DNA from: Lama glama
Lineage: Eukaryota
Length of the DNA stretch: 64,000 nucleotides
Assembly (NCBI GenBank): GCA_028534125.1
Contig: CM052817.1
Coordinates: 84,198,001 to 84,262,000, forward strand
Reading direction: 5' to 3'
Shown here piece by piece: positions 37,101-50,132 of the stretch. How positions within the stretch are numbered: the first letter of the stretch is position 1; every line of letters begins with the position of its first letter. The notes beneath the pieces are model-generated. The model worked only from the letters and a program-made list of their open reading frames with translations, was not told the origin of the DNA and did not search any database. Made by a program: the position numbers and the translations under genes.

Positions 37101-38640
37101 TATTTTTTTTTAATTTTATTAATTAATTAATTAATTTATAAACATTTTTTATTGATTTATGATCATTTTACAATGTTGTGTCAAATTCCAGTGTAGAGCA
37201 CAATTTTTCAGTTATACGTGAACATATATATATATATATATATTCATTGTCACATATTTTTCTCTGTGAGCTACCATAAGATCTTGTATATATTTCCCTG
37301 TGCTATACAGTATAATCTTGTTTATCTGTTCTACAATTTTGAAATCCCATCTATCCCTTCCCACCCTCTGCCCCCTTGGCAACCACAAGTTTGTATTCTA
37401 TGTCTATGAGTCTATTTCTGTTTTGTATTTATCCTTTGTTTGTTTGTTTTTGTTTTTGTTTTTTTAGATTCCACATATGAGCGATCTCATATGGTATTTT
37501 TCTTTCTCTTTCTGGCTTACTTCACTTAGAATGACATTCTCCAGGAGCATCCATGTTGCTGCAAATGGCGTTANNNNNNNNNNNNNNNNNNNNNNNNNNN
37601 NNNNNNNNNNNNNNNNNNNNNNNNNNNNNNNNNNNNNNNNNNNNNNNNNNNNNNNNNNNNNNNNNNNNNNNNNNNNNNNNNNNNNNNNNNNNNNNNNNNN
37701 NNNNNNNNNNNNNNNNNNNNNNNNNNNNNNNNNNNNNNNNNNNNNNNNNNNNNNNNNNNNNNNNNNNNNNNNNNNNNNNNNNNNNNNNNNNNNNNNNNNN
37801 NNNNNNNNNNNNNNNNNNNNNNNNNNNNNNNNNNNNNNNNNNNNNNNNNNNNNNNNNNNNNNNNNNNNNNNNNNNNNNNNNNNNNNNNNNNNNNNNNNNN
37901 NNNNNNNNNNNNNNNNNNNNNNNNNNNNNNNNNNNNNNNNNNNNNNNNNNNNNNNNNNNNNNNNNNNNNNNNNNNNNNNNNNNNNNNNNNNNNNNNNNNN
38001 NNNNNNNNNNNNNNNNNNNNNNNNNNNNNNNNNNNNNNNNNNNNNNNNNNNNNNNNNNNNNNNNNNNNNNNNNAATGGGTGTTGAATTTTATCAAATGCT
38101 TTTTCTGCATCGATTGAGATGATCATGTGGTTTTTGTCCTTTCTCTTGTTGATGTGATGTATTACATTGATTGATTTGCGTATCTTGAACCATCCTTGTG
38201 TCCCTGGGATGAATCCCACTTGGTCATGATGTATAATCTTTTTTATGTGTTGTTGGATTCTATTTGCTAATATTTTGGTGAGGATTTTGGCGTCTCTGTT
38301 CATCAGTGATATTGGCCTATAATTTTCTTTTTTTGGTAGTGTCTTTGCCTGGTTTTGGTATCAGGATGATGGTGGCTTCATAGAATAAGTTTGGGAGTAT
38401 TCCCTTCTTTTCAATCTTCTGAAAGAGTTTGAGAAGGACTGGTATGAGTTCTTCTTTGTATGTTTGGTAGAATTCCCCAGTGAAGCCGTCCAGTCCTGGA
38501 CTTTTATTTGTAGGGAAGTTTTTTATTGCTATTTTAATTTCATTTCTAGTGATCGGTTTGTTCAAGTGGTTAGTTTCTTCTTGATTCAGTCTTGGTGGAC
38601 TGTATGTTTCCAGAAACTTGTCCATCTCCTCTAGGTTATT
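37101..38640 (-). mobile_element. 5'-truncated young L1 (ORF2 reverse transcriptase fragment, 3'UTR, poly-A) spanning the gap
   Basis: ORF2 peptides MDKFLETY...[22 protein letters not shown]...[14 protein letters not shown] and PFAATWM; imperfect TSD g.gtgtc.tttat. Confidence 0.95.
37574..38073. other. Assembly gap (500 N)
   Basis: Run of N. Confidence 1.
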
Positions 38641-40500
38641 GGAGTGTCTTTTATAAGTGCACTAATCTCATTCACATAGATTCTGCCCTTGTGATCTAAT
38701 CACACCTCAAAGGCTCCACCTCCTAATACTATCACCTTGCAGGTTAGGATTTCAACATATGAATTTGTGGGCATATAAACACTCAGTCCACTGCAATTTA
38801 GTTAAGTGGAAAAGAAAAGAAACCTCAAGATTTTGAGAATGCTGTCAGAGAGAAGAATCAAAGATCAGTACCCTAATGACTTTGCTTGCTTCTCATCTTC
38901 ATTCTCATCTTGGAGCCTTGACTTGCTTTGCTACTGCTACTGCTTTCACTTTTTGGAAGGTTTGCTACTGTAGCTATTAGTCCTCAGAGATAGGTAACCT
39001 TGATCTTTTGCCTTGTGGTTTGATTCTTGGCTTGTCAGAATTTCTTTGCATTTGAGCTGAAATCAGGAGTTAACTTCAGAAAACAAATCCCAGGAACTAA
39101 GGCAAGTCTGGGTAAAGCAAAATAATACTTTGCCTAGAGCAGCAATATTAACAAGGATCTTTTCAAACTGATATCGCTTCCTCCCCTCAGGAGCAAGGGG
39201 AAACATCAAATCCAGTGGCTATTTCTCTCTTAAGAGAAAGAGGAGAAATTGTGCCCTGTGATTATGGTGATGGGAGAAGGGGGGGATTTGGAGTCTTTGG
39301 GACCATAAAAGGGAGAATGAAATGAATTTAGAGAGACTGAAAAGCAATCAAGATCATCCAACACTGGCAGGAAACTGAATGCCTACTTATAAATCATGGG
39401 ACTTGATGGCAAAGGCACTAAGGTATTTGGTATAAAATTGTAGGAGAGAGACACGCAATGGGGAAACTGAATACTAAGAATTTAGGAGCTTATGAGCATT
39501 AAGGGAATCCCAGAGGCACCCTCTCCCACTTGGCCTCTACACCTGAGTTTGTTCTAGAAGAATAAAGAGTATTGATCCAAGTCAGATTAATCTTGCACCT
39601 CCCCAGACCAGACTGATTTATAACTTTACACCATCTGTTGGAGTTAGTGGTGTGATTCTCTCCTGTAGTAATTAATGGCTCATAACGGGCTCTGTATATA
39701 GCAGGCAAACAGTTACTTCAAGGACCTAGTCATGAATTTTTGCCAGGTTCCACTATGAGGAAATTAAAGTCTCATCTTGATCTAAACCAGTGTCCTTCCT
39801 CTTGTCCCCAAGCTCTCAGGGATCTGCCTTCTCACTTGTTGGAAGTTCAGTTCTCTTCCCTTTTCATCACATCCCTGCCCTTACTACCATATTTCTATTG
39901 GATACTTCAAGAGGAAGTGTAAAGTCTGGGCCTCTAAGCACAACTTTTAGAAAAAGTCCTTTTACCTCTAACTTCAGTTAAGGAAAGCCTTTCCTTTGTC
40001 AGGTCCCTTCACACTGGAAGCAAAGTTTGACAGTATTGTAAAAGAGTGAGAAATCCAGTGTGGAAAGAAGAGAAACCTTAAAAGAAGAAAAGAAAAAAGA
40101 AATGTTAGCTTTCAGAATCACTGTTTCACAGTGCCGTGCAAGAACCACAGAAGTCAGGAGTCTTGTCTTACACACCTAAATTTACTGCTGAATCATGTAC
40201 AACCTTGTAAAAGTCACTTAATTTTCTGGGTCTTAGTTTCCTTATCTCTCAGATGGGAAACCTAGACCAGTGACTGTAAGGTATGTTATAATTCTAAAAT
40301 GACCTGATTGTATGTCAGCAGCCCTCAAAAATTATTGACCCATGTGATATTTGCCACTATCCTTAGGGCCAAACAAATTATGTTCTATGTCTGGATATGA
40401 TCCCTTCTAAAACCAGTGAAAACTGTTTCAAAAGATACTTGAGAAGTAAGCAGGCAATTGGGGGGGCAGCTGCATAATGGTTGGTCGCCTAGCTTCGTAA

Positions 40501-40650
40501 TACAGCTGGCTGACTGTATCCATGGTTCCTCATCTGCACAAGGAGGCTTAACTGTACTGCACCATCTTGTATAAGAGACTTGAGCATCCTTGGATTTCAG
40601 TATCTATGGGGGGGTGGAGGGAGGGAGTTGGGGGGGATAGTCCTGGAACC
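40501..40650. mobile_element. MER2/Tigger-derived MITE fragment
   Basis: gacttgagcatccttggatttcagtatct...gtcctggaaccagtcccccgtggatac. Confidence 0.7.
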
Positions 40651-40915
40651 AGTCCCCCGTGGATACAACCACTCTTCCCCTCCTAGACCTGTCACTTCTT
40701 TCCCTCTCTACTTCCCTCAATGCTTCCCCACCTCAGATTCCTAAGCCCTCTCCAAGGCTTGAAGTAACAGAGAGAATCACCAGTCCCTTTACAGACATCC
40801 CAGATAGGGTCACCCATGGGCTCTGCCCATTAGATGGTGGAGGTAGCAAAATAGCTTACATTTTTAAAAGTAAGAATCATCTGTTGGGAGAGGTAGAGAT
40901 TGTTTTTGGACTTAT

Positions 40916-41136
40916 TTAGTTAGTCCCTTTTGCTTCTCAAAATAAACATCTTTGTGCTCAGTTAAAAAGCTTTCCAAGATGTTCACAAGAGAGGAGGAAA
41001 TTCTTGCCAAAAACTTAAGCCCAGCCAGACAGGGATATTGAAATTTTGCTGCCTGTGGAAGCACGTGGCCAGGCAGGACTTTGGCACAAAAACAGTAATC
41101 TGTGATGGCAGTTGTAGACGTCTGGTGGCTCAGAGG
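40916..41136 (-). pseudogene. Open pseudo-exon (PLSHQTSTTAITDYCFCAKVLPGHVLPQAAKFQYPCLAGLKFLARISSSLVNILESFLTEHKDVYFEKQKGLT)
   Basis: ccctcaaacacag| acceptor in phase 0 with the upstream exon across a 106-nt intron; decayed donor ataagt. Confidence 0.6.
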
Positions 41137-41242
41137 CTGTGTTTGAGGGACCCAGGCAGAGTGTATCAGGTCCGACAACTCCATCGACAGTTCCCATTCA
41201 GTTACAGTTCATAGCATACTCTTGTCTATTTACAGAACTTAC

Positions 41243-41330
41243 AACTCGGCAATCCTTGGACCTTATGGTTGGAGGAGTAGAGAGAAACACTTCTCTCACT
41301 CTTCTCACAGTTTTAGTTTTGCTTCCAATT
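41243..41330 (-). pseudogene. Open pseudo-exon (IGSKTKTVRRVREVFLSTPPTIRSKDCRV)
   Basis: ctgctcag| acceptor, gtt|gtaagtt donor. VREVFLS is RGS helix-5-like. Confidence 0.6.
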
Positions 41331-41691
41331 CTGAGCAGTTGCAAAATGCTTCAGAAGATTTAGGCCCAAGAATCACGTTGGCAATTTTACAGTGTCGTGA
41401 CCTTGGACAAGACACTCTCACCATGTCTGAGCTGCAACTTTCTTATCCATAAAATGGTGATAATAATTCCTGCTCTACTTTCCTTATAAGAATGTTGTGA
41501 AGATCAAATAAAATAACATAAATGAAAACACTTTGTACATTAATAGGCGCTCTGTAAATACAACCTATTTTTAATTATCAGGTGTCTCCTCTTCCCTGCT
41601 CTTTCCTTTACCTCATCTGTTCTGTGTCCTTTAAGCATCTTCACGGTCTTTTCTTAGTCCAAGATTCTCACTGTGGTTAAAACTCAGGTTC

Positions 41692-42632
41692 TTTTTTTTT
41701 TTTTCCTTTAGTTGAAGTATAGTCAGTTTACAATGTTGTGTCAATTTCTGGTGTACAGCATAATGTTTCAGTTGTATATATACATATACGTATTCCTTTT
41801 CATATTCTTTTTCGTTATAGGTTACTACAAGATACTGAATACAGTTCCCTGTGCTATCCAGTAGAAACTTGTTGTTTATCTATTTTATATACAGTAGTTA
41901 GTATCTGTAAATCTCAAACTCCCAATTTATCCCTTCCCATCCCTTTTCCCCCTGGTAATTGTAAGTTTGTTTTCTATGTCTGTGAGTCTCTATTTTGTAA
42001 ATAAGTTCATTTGTGTAATTTTTTTTTAAGATTCCACATATAGGTAATATCATATGGCATTTTTCTTTATCTTTCTGGCTTACTTCACTTAGTATGACGA
42101 TGTCTAGTTTTACCCATGTTGCTGGAAATGATATTATTTTATTCTTTTTTATGACTGAGTAGTATTCTATTCTCTCTCTCTATACATATATATAACTTCT
42201 TTTAAAAATTTTTTTATTTTATTGAGTTATACTCATTTTACAATGTTGTGTCAAATTCCAGTATAGAGCACAACTTTTGAGTTATACATGAACATACATA
42301 TATTCATTGTCACATACTTTTTCACCATGAGCTACCACAAGATCTTGTGTATATGTCCCTGTGCTATACAGCATAATCTTGTTTATCTATTCTATATATA
42401 CCTGTCAGTATCTACAAATTTCGAACTCCCAGTCTGTCCCTTCTCGCCTCCCTCCCCCCGGCAGCCACAAGTTTGTATTCCATGTCTATCAGTCTGTTTC
42501 TGTTTTGTATATACCACACTTCTTTTCTTTATCCAGTCATCTGTTGATGGACATTTAAGTTGTTTCCATGTCTTGGCTATTGTAGCTAGTGCTGCTATGT
42601 ACATTGGGGTGCATGTATCTTTTTGAATTAGA
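41692..42632 (-). mobile_element. L1 3' end with a younger L1 3' end nested at ~42205-42510
   Basis: Two poly-T-headed L1 3'UTRs; the inner one closely resembles 37140-37430. Confidence 0.85.
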
Positions 42633-43121
42633 TAAAGCTCAGCTTCTTAAACATGGATGAGCTTGTTACCAACCGAGCAAACCTGCATCTACATGTCTTT
42701 CTAGCTCCCCATTCAGAGACAAATCTACAACTTTTAGTAGAACCTCATTCATTTTAGCAGTCATACATGGAATGCTTAATGACTTGGTGTCCTGTGTTAG
42801 GGATACAAAATTAAATGGGCAGGTCCAGCCGTCAAGGAACACACTATCAGATCCAAGCATCTCAGAACAGTCAAATAGACTAATCAGGTCTATGTAAGCT
42901 GCAGCTGAATCTTCTCTCTCAGGCTCTACTCCTTAAAGTCGAATCTGTCTGGACCATTTGGGCCAAACTTTGACGTCCCTCAAACTGGCTGTCTTAGAGA
43001 AAGTAGGTAACTTTATTCAAATCTCCTTGAAATTATTTTGCACATCCCTTTGTTTAGTGGCCCCATATCTCCTTCTTTTATTCCTAATTCAACACCTGAT
43101 TCAATCCTGAGGTTTCACTAG

Positions 43122-43689
43122 TGCAGGAATTCCATATTAGGCAATGAGAACTGATTCCACTTGTATCCACATAGCTTAACTATCAGGACTGAGAACTAAG
43201 ACCACCTGTGGCAACATGACTTGCTATTTGTTCTAGGAAATTCTTGCCTAGGAAGATAAACTTGTAGAGCAATAAATAATTTCATTGTTTGCATCAGGAA
43301 ATTCCCCAAAACCAGTTTATTTGAACAATGAATTGCTCATCAGAGCAAATGGCCTTGTTCTCAGGGTAATAGATTAACTACCTGGGCAAATGGTTCTCTT
43401 ATCAAACAATTTGTTTATTTATCAAGACTTGCTTCAAGACCCTCTCTTAGCTGTGTCCAGTCCATCCCAAACTACTACATCATAAACTTTTCCTAGCCAT
43501 AACCTGAGTCCCACTTTAAAAGACCCATACCCTAAACCGTATGCATTTCTGCCTCTGACCTACCCTTCTGAGATATTCCTAGGACTCTGCCAAGGTGGTG
43601 TTCTCCCTCACTGCAGTAAGTTTAACAAGCTTAGCCATGCTTGATCAACAGATTATTCTGGTGGCTGCCTGGGGAGTTTGCAACTGACA
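43122..43689 (+). mobile_element. ERV1 LTR, MER90/MER110-like
   Basis: caaggtggtgttctccctcactgcagtaag...ttgatcaacag...tgaca terminus. Confidence 0.7.
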
Positions 43690-44350
43690 ACTTCATGCAT
43701 TAATCAGCAAATCAAGAGAAACAGAGGAATAAAAGTTTTTTTCTTTCTTTCTTTTTTCTTTTTCTTTCTTTTTCTTTTTTTTTACATCTGCCAGTTCTTA
43801 AAAAAAAAGAAAAAGAAAAAATCTTAGAACTTTGTTGATGCTCCTTATTCTTATTATATGATTTGGAATCATTTTTATTCTGAATTACCTATGAGATAGT
43901 ACACCATAATTTTTTTATTGCTTGGAGCTTCTAGTGGGTTCCAGTCAGTCTTGGGTACTTCTAAAGATCTTACTGTCACAAAACACTCAAGTCTATCCAT
44001 TGTATTTCCCTTATATGTTGGAAAGTAGTTACCTGGTTGTGTATACTAAAGTAATTGACTAATATTTCAGAAACTTAACTGAAAATCTTGAGAGGGGCTA
44101 TATTGGAGCTAGTTCATTGTTCACACTAAGGAAAATGGCTTGTAATCTGGCTCCCTTAACTAGTTTAAAACCTGGAAGCTTATCAAAAATGTCACACATA
44201 GAAATGAGCACTTGTGGCACTTGTTTAAATTCACGAAATAGCAGTCATTTTAGAGAGAGGAGCTTGGTGAGTCAGAAGCCAATCGTACAGTTCCATTTGA
44301 TCCCTGCCAAACCTCCCTATTCTGAGTTTATAAACTGAGAAAATTGAAAC

Positions 44351-44509
44351 CAATATAGCAATTCTGGTAGTTTTCAGGATCCATGGTACTGTGGATCCTA
44401 ATATCATGATACCATGGCTTATATATTTTCTAAAATATTTTGGGCTTCAAAAGGAAATATTTAAATTCAATATCTGTCTTTTGATGACTTCAAAAGACTT
44501 ATAATCCTC
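44351..44509 (-). pseudogene. Pseudo-exon (EDYKSFEVIKRQILNLNISF*SPKYFRKYISHGIMILGSTVPWILKTTRIAIL)
   Basis: cttacaag| acceptor, 159 nt phase 0-0, one TGA. EDYK ... KYI are hallmark RGS helix 4/5 motifs. Upstream donor gtg|gtaaga near 44926. Confidence 0.62.
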
Positions 44510-46050
44510 CTTGTAAGTATGTATCCCATGGTAAATTGAGTCTTAATTTTTTTTTCCCTTGTGTATACCTTTTATTCAAGTTTATTTCAAAAAAACCTTA
44601 AAGGTTGTAATATTTTAAATTAGAGTATTTTACATGCAGGGATTTAACATGGCCTCATTTCCTCAGCAGGTAAGCTGAGAAAACTAACATTTCTTGAGTC
44701 CTTGTGTGCCCAGCAAAGACCAAGATGCTTTCAAATACACTATACTGATTTTGACAACAATCCTGTGAGGTCTGTAATAATCTCCCTATTTTAAAGCTGG
44801 TGAAGCCAAAGCTCAGAATTTAGTTTATTAAAGACCTTGTCAGCAAGTGGTAGGGTCATGATGTAACCTAGGTCTACCTGATTTCAAAGCCTAATCTCAT
44901 TTTAATCTATCATTGGGATATCTTACCACAGTATCACAGACGTTAAATTCTACCCATTTTTGAGTTGTCTTTGTCTTCCCATTCTATCATTAATAAGCAA
45001 TAGTGAATGATATCACTTTCAAAGACTATATAGCAGTTTTTTAAAAACAGGAACCAAAGCTTAAATAATGTCTTTATATACTGATTTGCTAATCAAGTTC
45101 CAGGATCTTACTTAGGCAAACAAATTGTTTTCCTAAGATGAAACTATGAACCAAACTCTATTCATAAATTTGCTAATTTGTCTTCTCAATTTGAAAATAT
45201 GACTCTCTCTTTCTGATATCTACATATCCATCTGAATGTATTTTTAAATATTTCACTTATGGACATATTATATGTGTTCCTTATCTTAACAAAAAGTTAC
45301 TTTTCTAATATTGAAATTCTATTACATTTTATAAAATGATCAAATGGCAAAACGTTATTTTTCAAAAATCCACTTGATTAACAGCAATTCATATAGGAAA
45401 CTGAAGCATCTTTATTTAAAAGAAGAAACACCTTTACTACTATATTCAGTACACTTTTTTAAACTAAGGATTCAAGATACTGAAGAGTTGAAGTTGTATT
45501 GGACTATTTCTCTTTTTTAATGCCATTTGACAAGTTCTGTAAGTGATCAGAAGGGATTCTCATCTGCTGCTTATTTTCATCCTGTGCTTTTTCCCTCTTG
45601 GTCTGTTTTCTATCACTTCATTTTTCCTCCTTCTTACTTCTAAGGACACATATCACACCCTGAAAATGCTGCTTGCGCATCTCTATTCTGTTTATGACTA
45701 GGGTAATGTCATTGGCATTTTAATACTTCTCAGCAGCAGCAGTCATGACCAGACATTCCCCTCTTATTCCTCCTTTTTGCTTTCTACCTCTTATTCTTTA
45801 TTTTTAAAGAGGGATGGCCATAGCTGTGAGGGAAAAACCAAATACAAACCCTGACTATGCCACCAGTAGCGAGCTGGCAAGAATCCTGAACTGTGAAGCC
45901 AGTGAAAAGAACGCAGCTCTTTTGGAAGAAAGGAGTTTCTGATTGGCCTGACTCCTTGAGAGAGGTTATAGCGAGTGTGGAAAACCTGACCTTTGTTGAA
46001 ATGAGGAATGCCTTTTGGGGATTCCCCACACAAAGCAAATAAAGGCTCAC

Positions 46051-46314
46051 CGGTCACCTGTGTGCTTCCACTCCGCATTCAGAGCAATGCGGCAGTCTCT
46101 TGGTGATTCTTTGGTGGATTTCTTCTTACTATGGCAAAAAGCCTGAACTGATGACCTCCCAGATGTGTATTTAAAATGATGTTTTTGAATGGATAAAATA
46201 ACCTAACTGCCGTCTTCAACTGAGGAAGCATAAATGCAAAGAAACCACCACTGGCTTCTTCATTTACAGGCTGGCACTCCAGTCTTTCTTCAGTCTTCCC
46301 CATCTTCTTACCTT
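46051..46314 (-). pseudogene. Pseudo-exon (VILSIQKH...FCHSKKKSTKESPRDCRIALNAEWKH)
   Basis: ccg|gtgagc donor; resembles RGSL1 EILSHMQK...FYTHTKMTMAKEEACHGLMQEY (recalled). Start approximate. Confidence 0.5.
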
Positions 46315-46937
46315 CTAAACTTTAAAAGTCTCAATAGTAAAAGTGATAAATAGCTTAAAGAAAAGCCAGGCTTTTGATGAGAGAAATAGGTGAGTTATCA
46401 AAGCCGTAAATTTCTACTAGTAATAGTGATTTTGGAATTTAAAAAAAATTCACATTACTATCAAAATTGTCCATTCATTTGTCAACCAGTATTTATTAAA
46501 AACCTACTATGTGCCAGGAACTCTTGGATGATGGGGGATATAGCAACGTATAAGACAGACATGCTCTCATGTATTTCATGAGATGGGCTCAGTGGGGGAT
46601 GAGAAGGAGACAGTGAACAAGTAAAATATTGTCTTTCAGATAATAAAGACAATAAAACAAGGTGATGTAATAGGGAATGGCTCTGGACTGACTATTTGGG
46701 GTTGAGTCACATAGGTCACAGAGTCTCCATAAAGAGAAAATAGGGCAGGATTTCTCAGGCTTTGAGGAAAACTTTAAAACCTATCTATTCTACCTTATCT
46801 AAGGTATTTGCCTCACCTTATAGAGGAGAAAACATAGGTCCTGGAAATTTATCTACATTTATGGATGAGAAAACTAAGACTAGTAGAGGTTAAAGTCTTG
46901 TCACAAACAAGTGGTGCACAACTATCTCGTACAGTGC

Positions 46938-47144
46938 CTGAGCAGGTGTAGCCCTGTAGGCAATAGCTTGGCCATCAGATAGCTCCTTTGTGCTTTATTA
47001 GAATACTGTGCCCTTTCCTCTGGGCAAATGTCCTTATACAGTGCGCAGCTTACACAAATGTACATGCCATTCCTGTTCATGAAACTGGTGTGTCTGGAAA
47101 CTAGAAGGTGACCCCCTTGTTTTTCTGACTGGGTAGAAGAACAT
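46938..47144 (-). pseudogene. Open pseudo-exon (…MYICVSCALYKDICPEERAQYSNKAQRSYL…)
   Basis: tgtctgttcctag| acceptor, cag|gc donor-like site, ORF 46922..47176. The xLYK...ER..Y...Q..YL pattern is RGS-like. Confidence 0.58.
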
Positions 47145-47609
47145 CTAGGAACAGACAGTCTTTCCTTAGGGAGCATGCAGGTGACTGATGTCTCTTAGTT
47201 CTGCAAGTTAGGATGAATAACATTTTCTGGGGGAAGGATGTGGTGAAAATTTGGAGGACCTGTCAAAGGCAGGTAGGTCTTAACCCTTGGTAAGCAGAGA
47301 ATTTTGCTGAAAGAGATAAGGAAATAATCCTTAGAGAGTTTTCCTAGGGAGGGAACTGAGCTCTCTTAACTAAAATTTAAAATCAGGGAAACCTATTAGT
47401 ATGGACCAGAGTGTCCTAACTAAGGTTCTGTGTCAGATAAAAGCAGTAATATACCTGGTAAAACACTGGCTTGAGGTGTAAAAAGGTGGAACCAGAGAAT
47501 ATTGAAGTAGAAGGGAGAAAAGAAGTCAGTATTTGGGTCTATAGGTGGCAGATCCTACATTATATCAGACAGGATTACGTTCATGTGCAAGTAAGAAAGA
47601 CCTCAAGTA

Positions 47610-47933
47610 CAGGCATACCTCGTTTTGTTGTGCTTTGTCTTACTGTGCTTTGCAGATAATTGGGTCTTTTTTTTTAAAAAAAAAACAAACTGAAGGTTTG
47701 TGGCAACTCTGCACTGTGAGATGATGGTTAGCAGTTTTTAGCAATTAACATATTTGTAAATTAAGGTATGTGCATTGTAATGCTATTGTACATTTAATAG
47801 ACTACAGCATAGCGTAAACATAACTTTTATACGCACTAGCAAACCAAAAAGTTCTCGTGGCTTGTCCTACTGCTGTACTCACTTTATGGTAGTGGTCTGG
47901 AACCGCACCTGCAATATCTCTGAGGCGTGCGTA
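47610..47933 (+). mobile_element. Tigger1-derived MITE inside an old MLT1 (~47560-48330)
   Basis: TA-caggcatacctcg ... tgaggcgtgcgta-TA terminal inverted repeats with TA target duplication. Confidence 0.85.
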
Positions 47934-50132
47934 TAGTGTTTTAAACTAGACAACTTATTTCTTTCATAAAAAAGGAAGTCTGAGGCTGAATAGTCTATGA
48001 CAGGGACCCAAGCTGCTTCTGTCTTTTTGTTCTGCCATATTTAAATTTTATTCCCAAAGTAACATCATGGCTCAAGATTATATCCTCATTCTAGGTAACA
48101 CTAAGAAGGAAAGGGACAAAGAAGTTGTGTGGCCTCCAGAGTTCCGCTTGGCACTACTACTTCCATCTAACTGGCTAGAATGCAGTCATGTAGGTCTATG
48201 TGCAAGGGAAGCTGGGAAATGTAGTCTGTTAGCTGGTTGGCCATGTGCTCACCTAAACCCAGTCCTGCTTCTAAAAAAAAAAAAGCGGAGAATCTATAAA
48301 ATTGGAAGGCAGCCATTAGACTCTGCCACAACATCCAGACCCAGAGCTCCTGTATCAAATTTGGTGATAGGTAGCGTCAGTGTGTGAGAACTGAAAGAGC
48401 TGTTCATTAAGAGTTTTAATATTGGGGAACTGAGTCTACCACTTACTAGCCATTGGCCCTTGAGCAATTGGCATGCCTTCTTATAGCCTGAGATTCTTTA
48501 TCTATTCAGAGAAAGAAGGAAATATCTAATGTAAAGGGTTTCCTGTTGATTAAGAGGTAATATTGATGAAAACAAAGCATCTAACAGTACCTGGCATGTG
48601 ACAGGCACTTAGTAAATATGATTTTCCATACTTTTATTTGTTATAGTTTCTCCAGCTCTGTTTACTGCAGCTCCTTATTTTTTAAAAAATTTTTGACTGT
48701 TTTGTTGTTGTTGTTTTTTTTTTAGAAGATCTTGAGATAGATCTTTTTTTTGAGATAAGCCTTTTTATTGCCATCTCTCCCTGTCCCTTCCTCCACTAAT
48801 TCCAAACTATGTGCTCAGATTGCTGCTTATGCCTCAGAATTCCTACACAGTCGGGCTATCTAGAAAGGTCATTGCTGGGTGGCTTAGACATGATCTGGAT
48901 AAATGCCCCTTTCAGGGTGGGACAACCAAAGGACTGATAAATTGCAAGGCAGCCATGCAGTGATGGTCACAACCTTGATTGTATAGGTTTTGTCCAGCAC
49001 AGAGCACTTGGACTAGGGCTCTAAAAGCAGCTAAAATGTGGCCTGATGTCCTCTTGCATCAAATGGGAAAAGAGGGCTCTTTTCTAAAAGTCTTCTCCGA
49101 AGGGGCAATTCCTATGCCTGCAGGGGCCCTACTTTCTGAATTCCACAACAGAATCTCCCCACCCCGCCCCCCTTGCTGATTTCTTCCCTGCAGGCATAGT
49201 CTCCTGCCCATTTCCCCTCCTCTACTTCCTCGTCAAAGCAAGTGTAAACTTCAGCCTTTCTCCTTTCTTCAATGCCCTGGCCACCTTCCCTATTCCATAT
49301 ACCATCAAGAAACATAGGTTTCCATCTGCTTGTTCAGTGGGGATGTTTCCCTGCTGCCTCCATTACCTATGAGTCTTAAGTACGCATAGTGGTCACTGGC
49401 TGCAACTTTTTTTCTTTGAGAAAGGGAAAGGCAAAAACTTTATGGCTTAAAAGTAAAAGTGTCAAGATGGTGTTACAATTATAGCACCAAAGTCTGGAGA
49501 AATGCCTCAGACATGGAAAGCATTAAAATATAGAAAGCTGGTTTTCTAAAATAGTTTTATGGCACTGATTTAAATGGTTTGGATTTTTCCCCTTTTCTTC
49601 TTAGGTTTATTTTAAAGTTTATTTTACTTTTGTCTTCTCTTTTGATTGTAATCAGTCATCTAAAAGACAAGTGGGAGAGACTCTGGGGAACAGTAGTTTT
49701 TAAATGATGATGAGATATCAAAGTGACTTTAGGAGGAAAAAAAATTAAACTACAAGTACGATGACCCAGAAAAAGTAGCTACATGCATGCAAGGAGGTGA
49801 AAAACTCCAGAGTTTAGGTTCAAGGCCATCTCCCATCGCTTAAGGGCTTGAAAACAACCAAGAAGAAAATTCCACAACCCCAAACAACAGCAATATAAAA
49901 ACTGTCACCCAAAGTCTTTCTTCCCGGAGGAAAAATGTCAAGGATACTTCTAAGTTAATTGGACAAGCTAAGTGACTGTTCTTTTTAGATATCGCCTTCC
50001 TTTGAAAGGCTTGTGGGTTGACATCCCTAAACTAGTCTCTTCATGAAGACATTTTGTCTTCAGCTAAAATGTGTAGCAAGTCATATGTTATTTCTAATTT
50101 TTAATGTTTTTAGAGCTAATCTTTTGAGCTAC

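Larger units (their letters stand above)
36887..38795 (-). mobile_element. MLT1A/B-like LTR split by an L1 insertion (halves 36887-37100 and 38641-38795)
   Basis: Both halves show contiguous MLT1 motifs around the L1. Confidence 0.8.

Noticed and set aside
37464..38303. Long ORFs of 179-279 aa
   Set aside because: Artefacts of translating through the N gap; only the L1 ORF2 parts are real.
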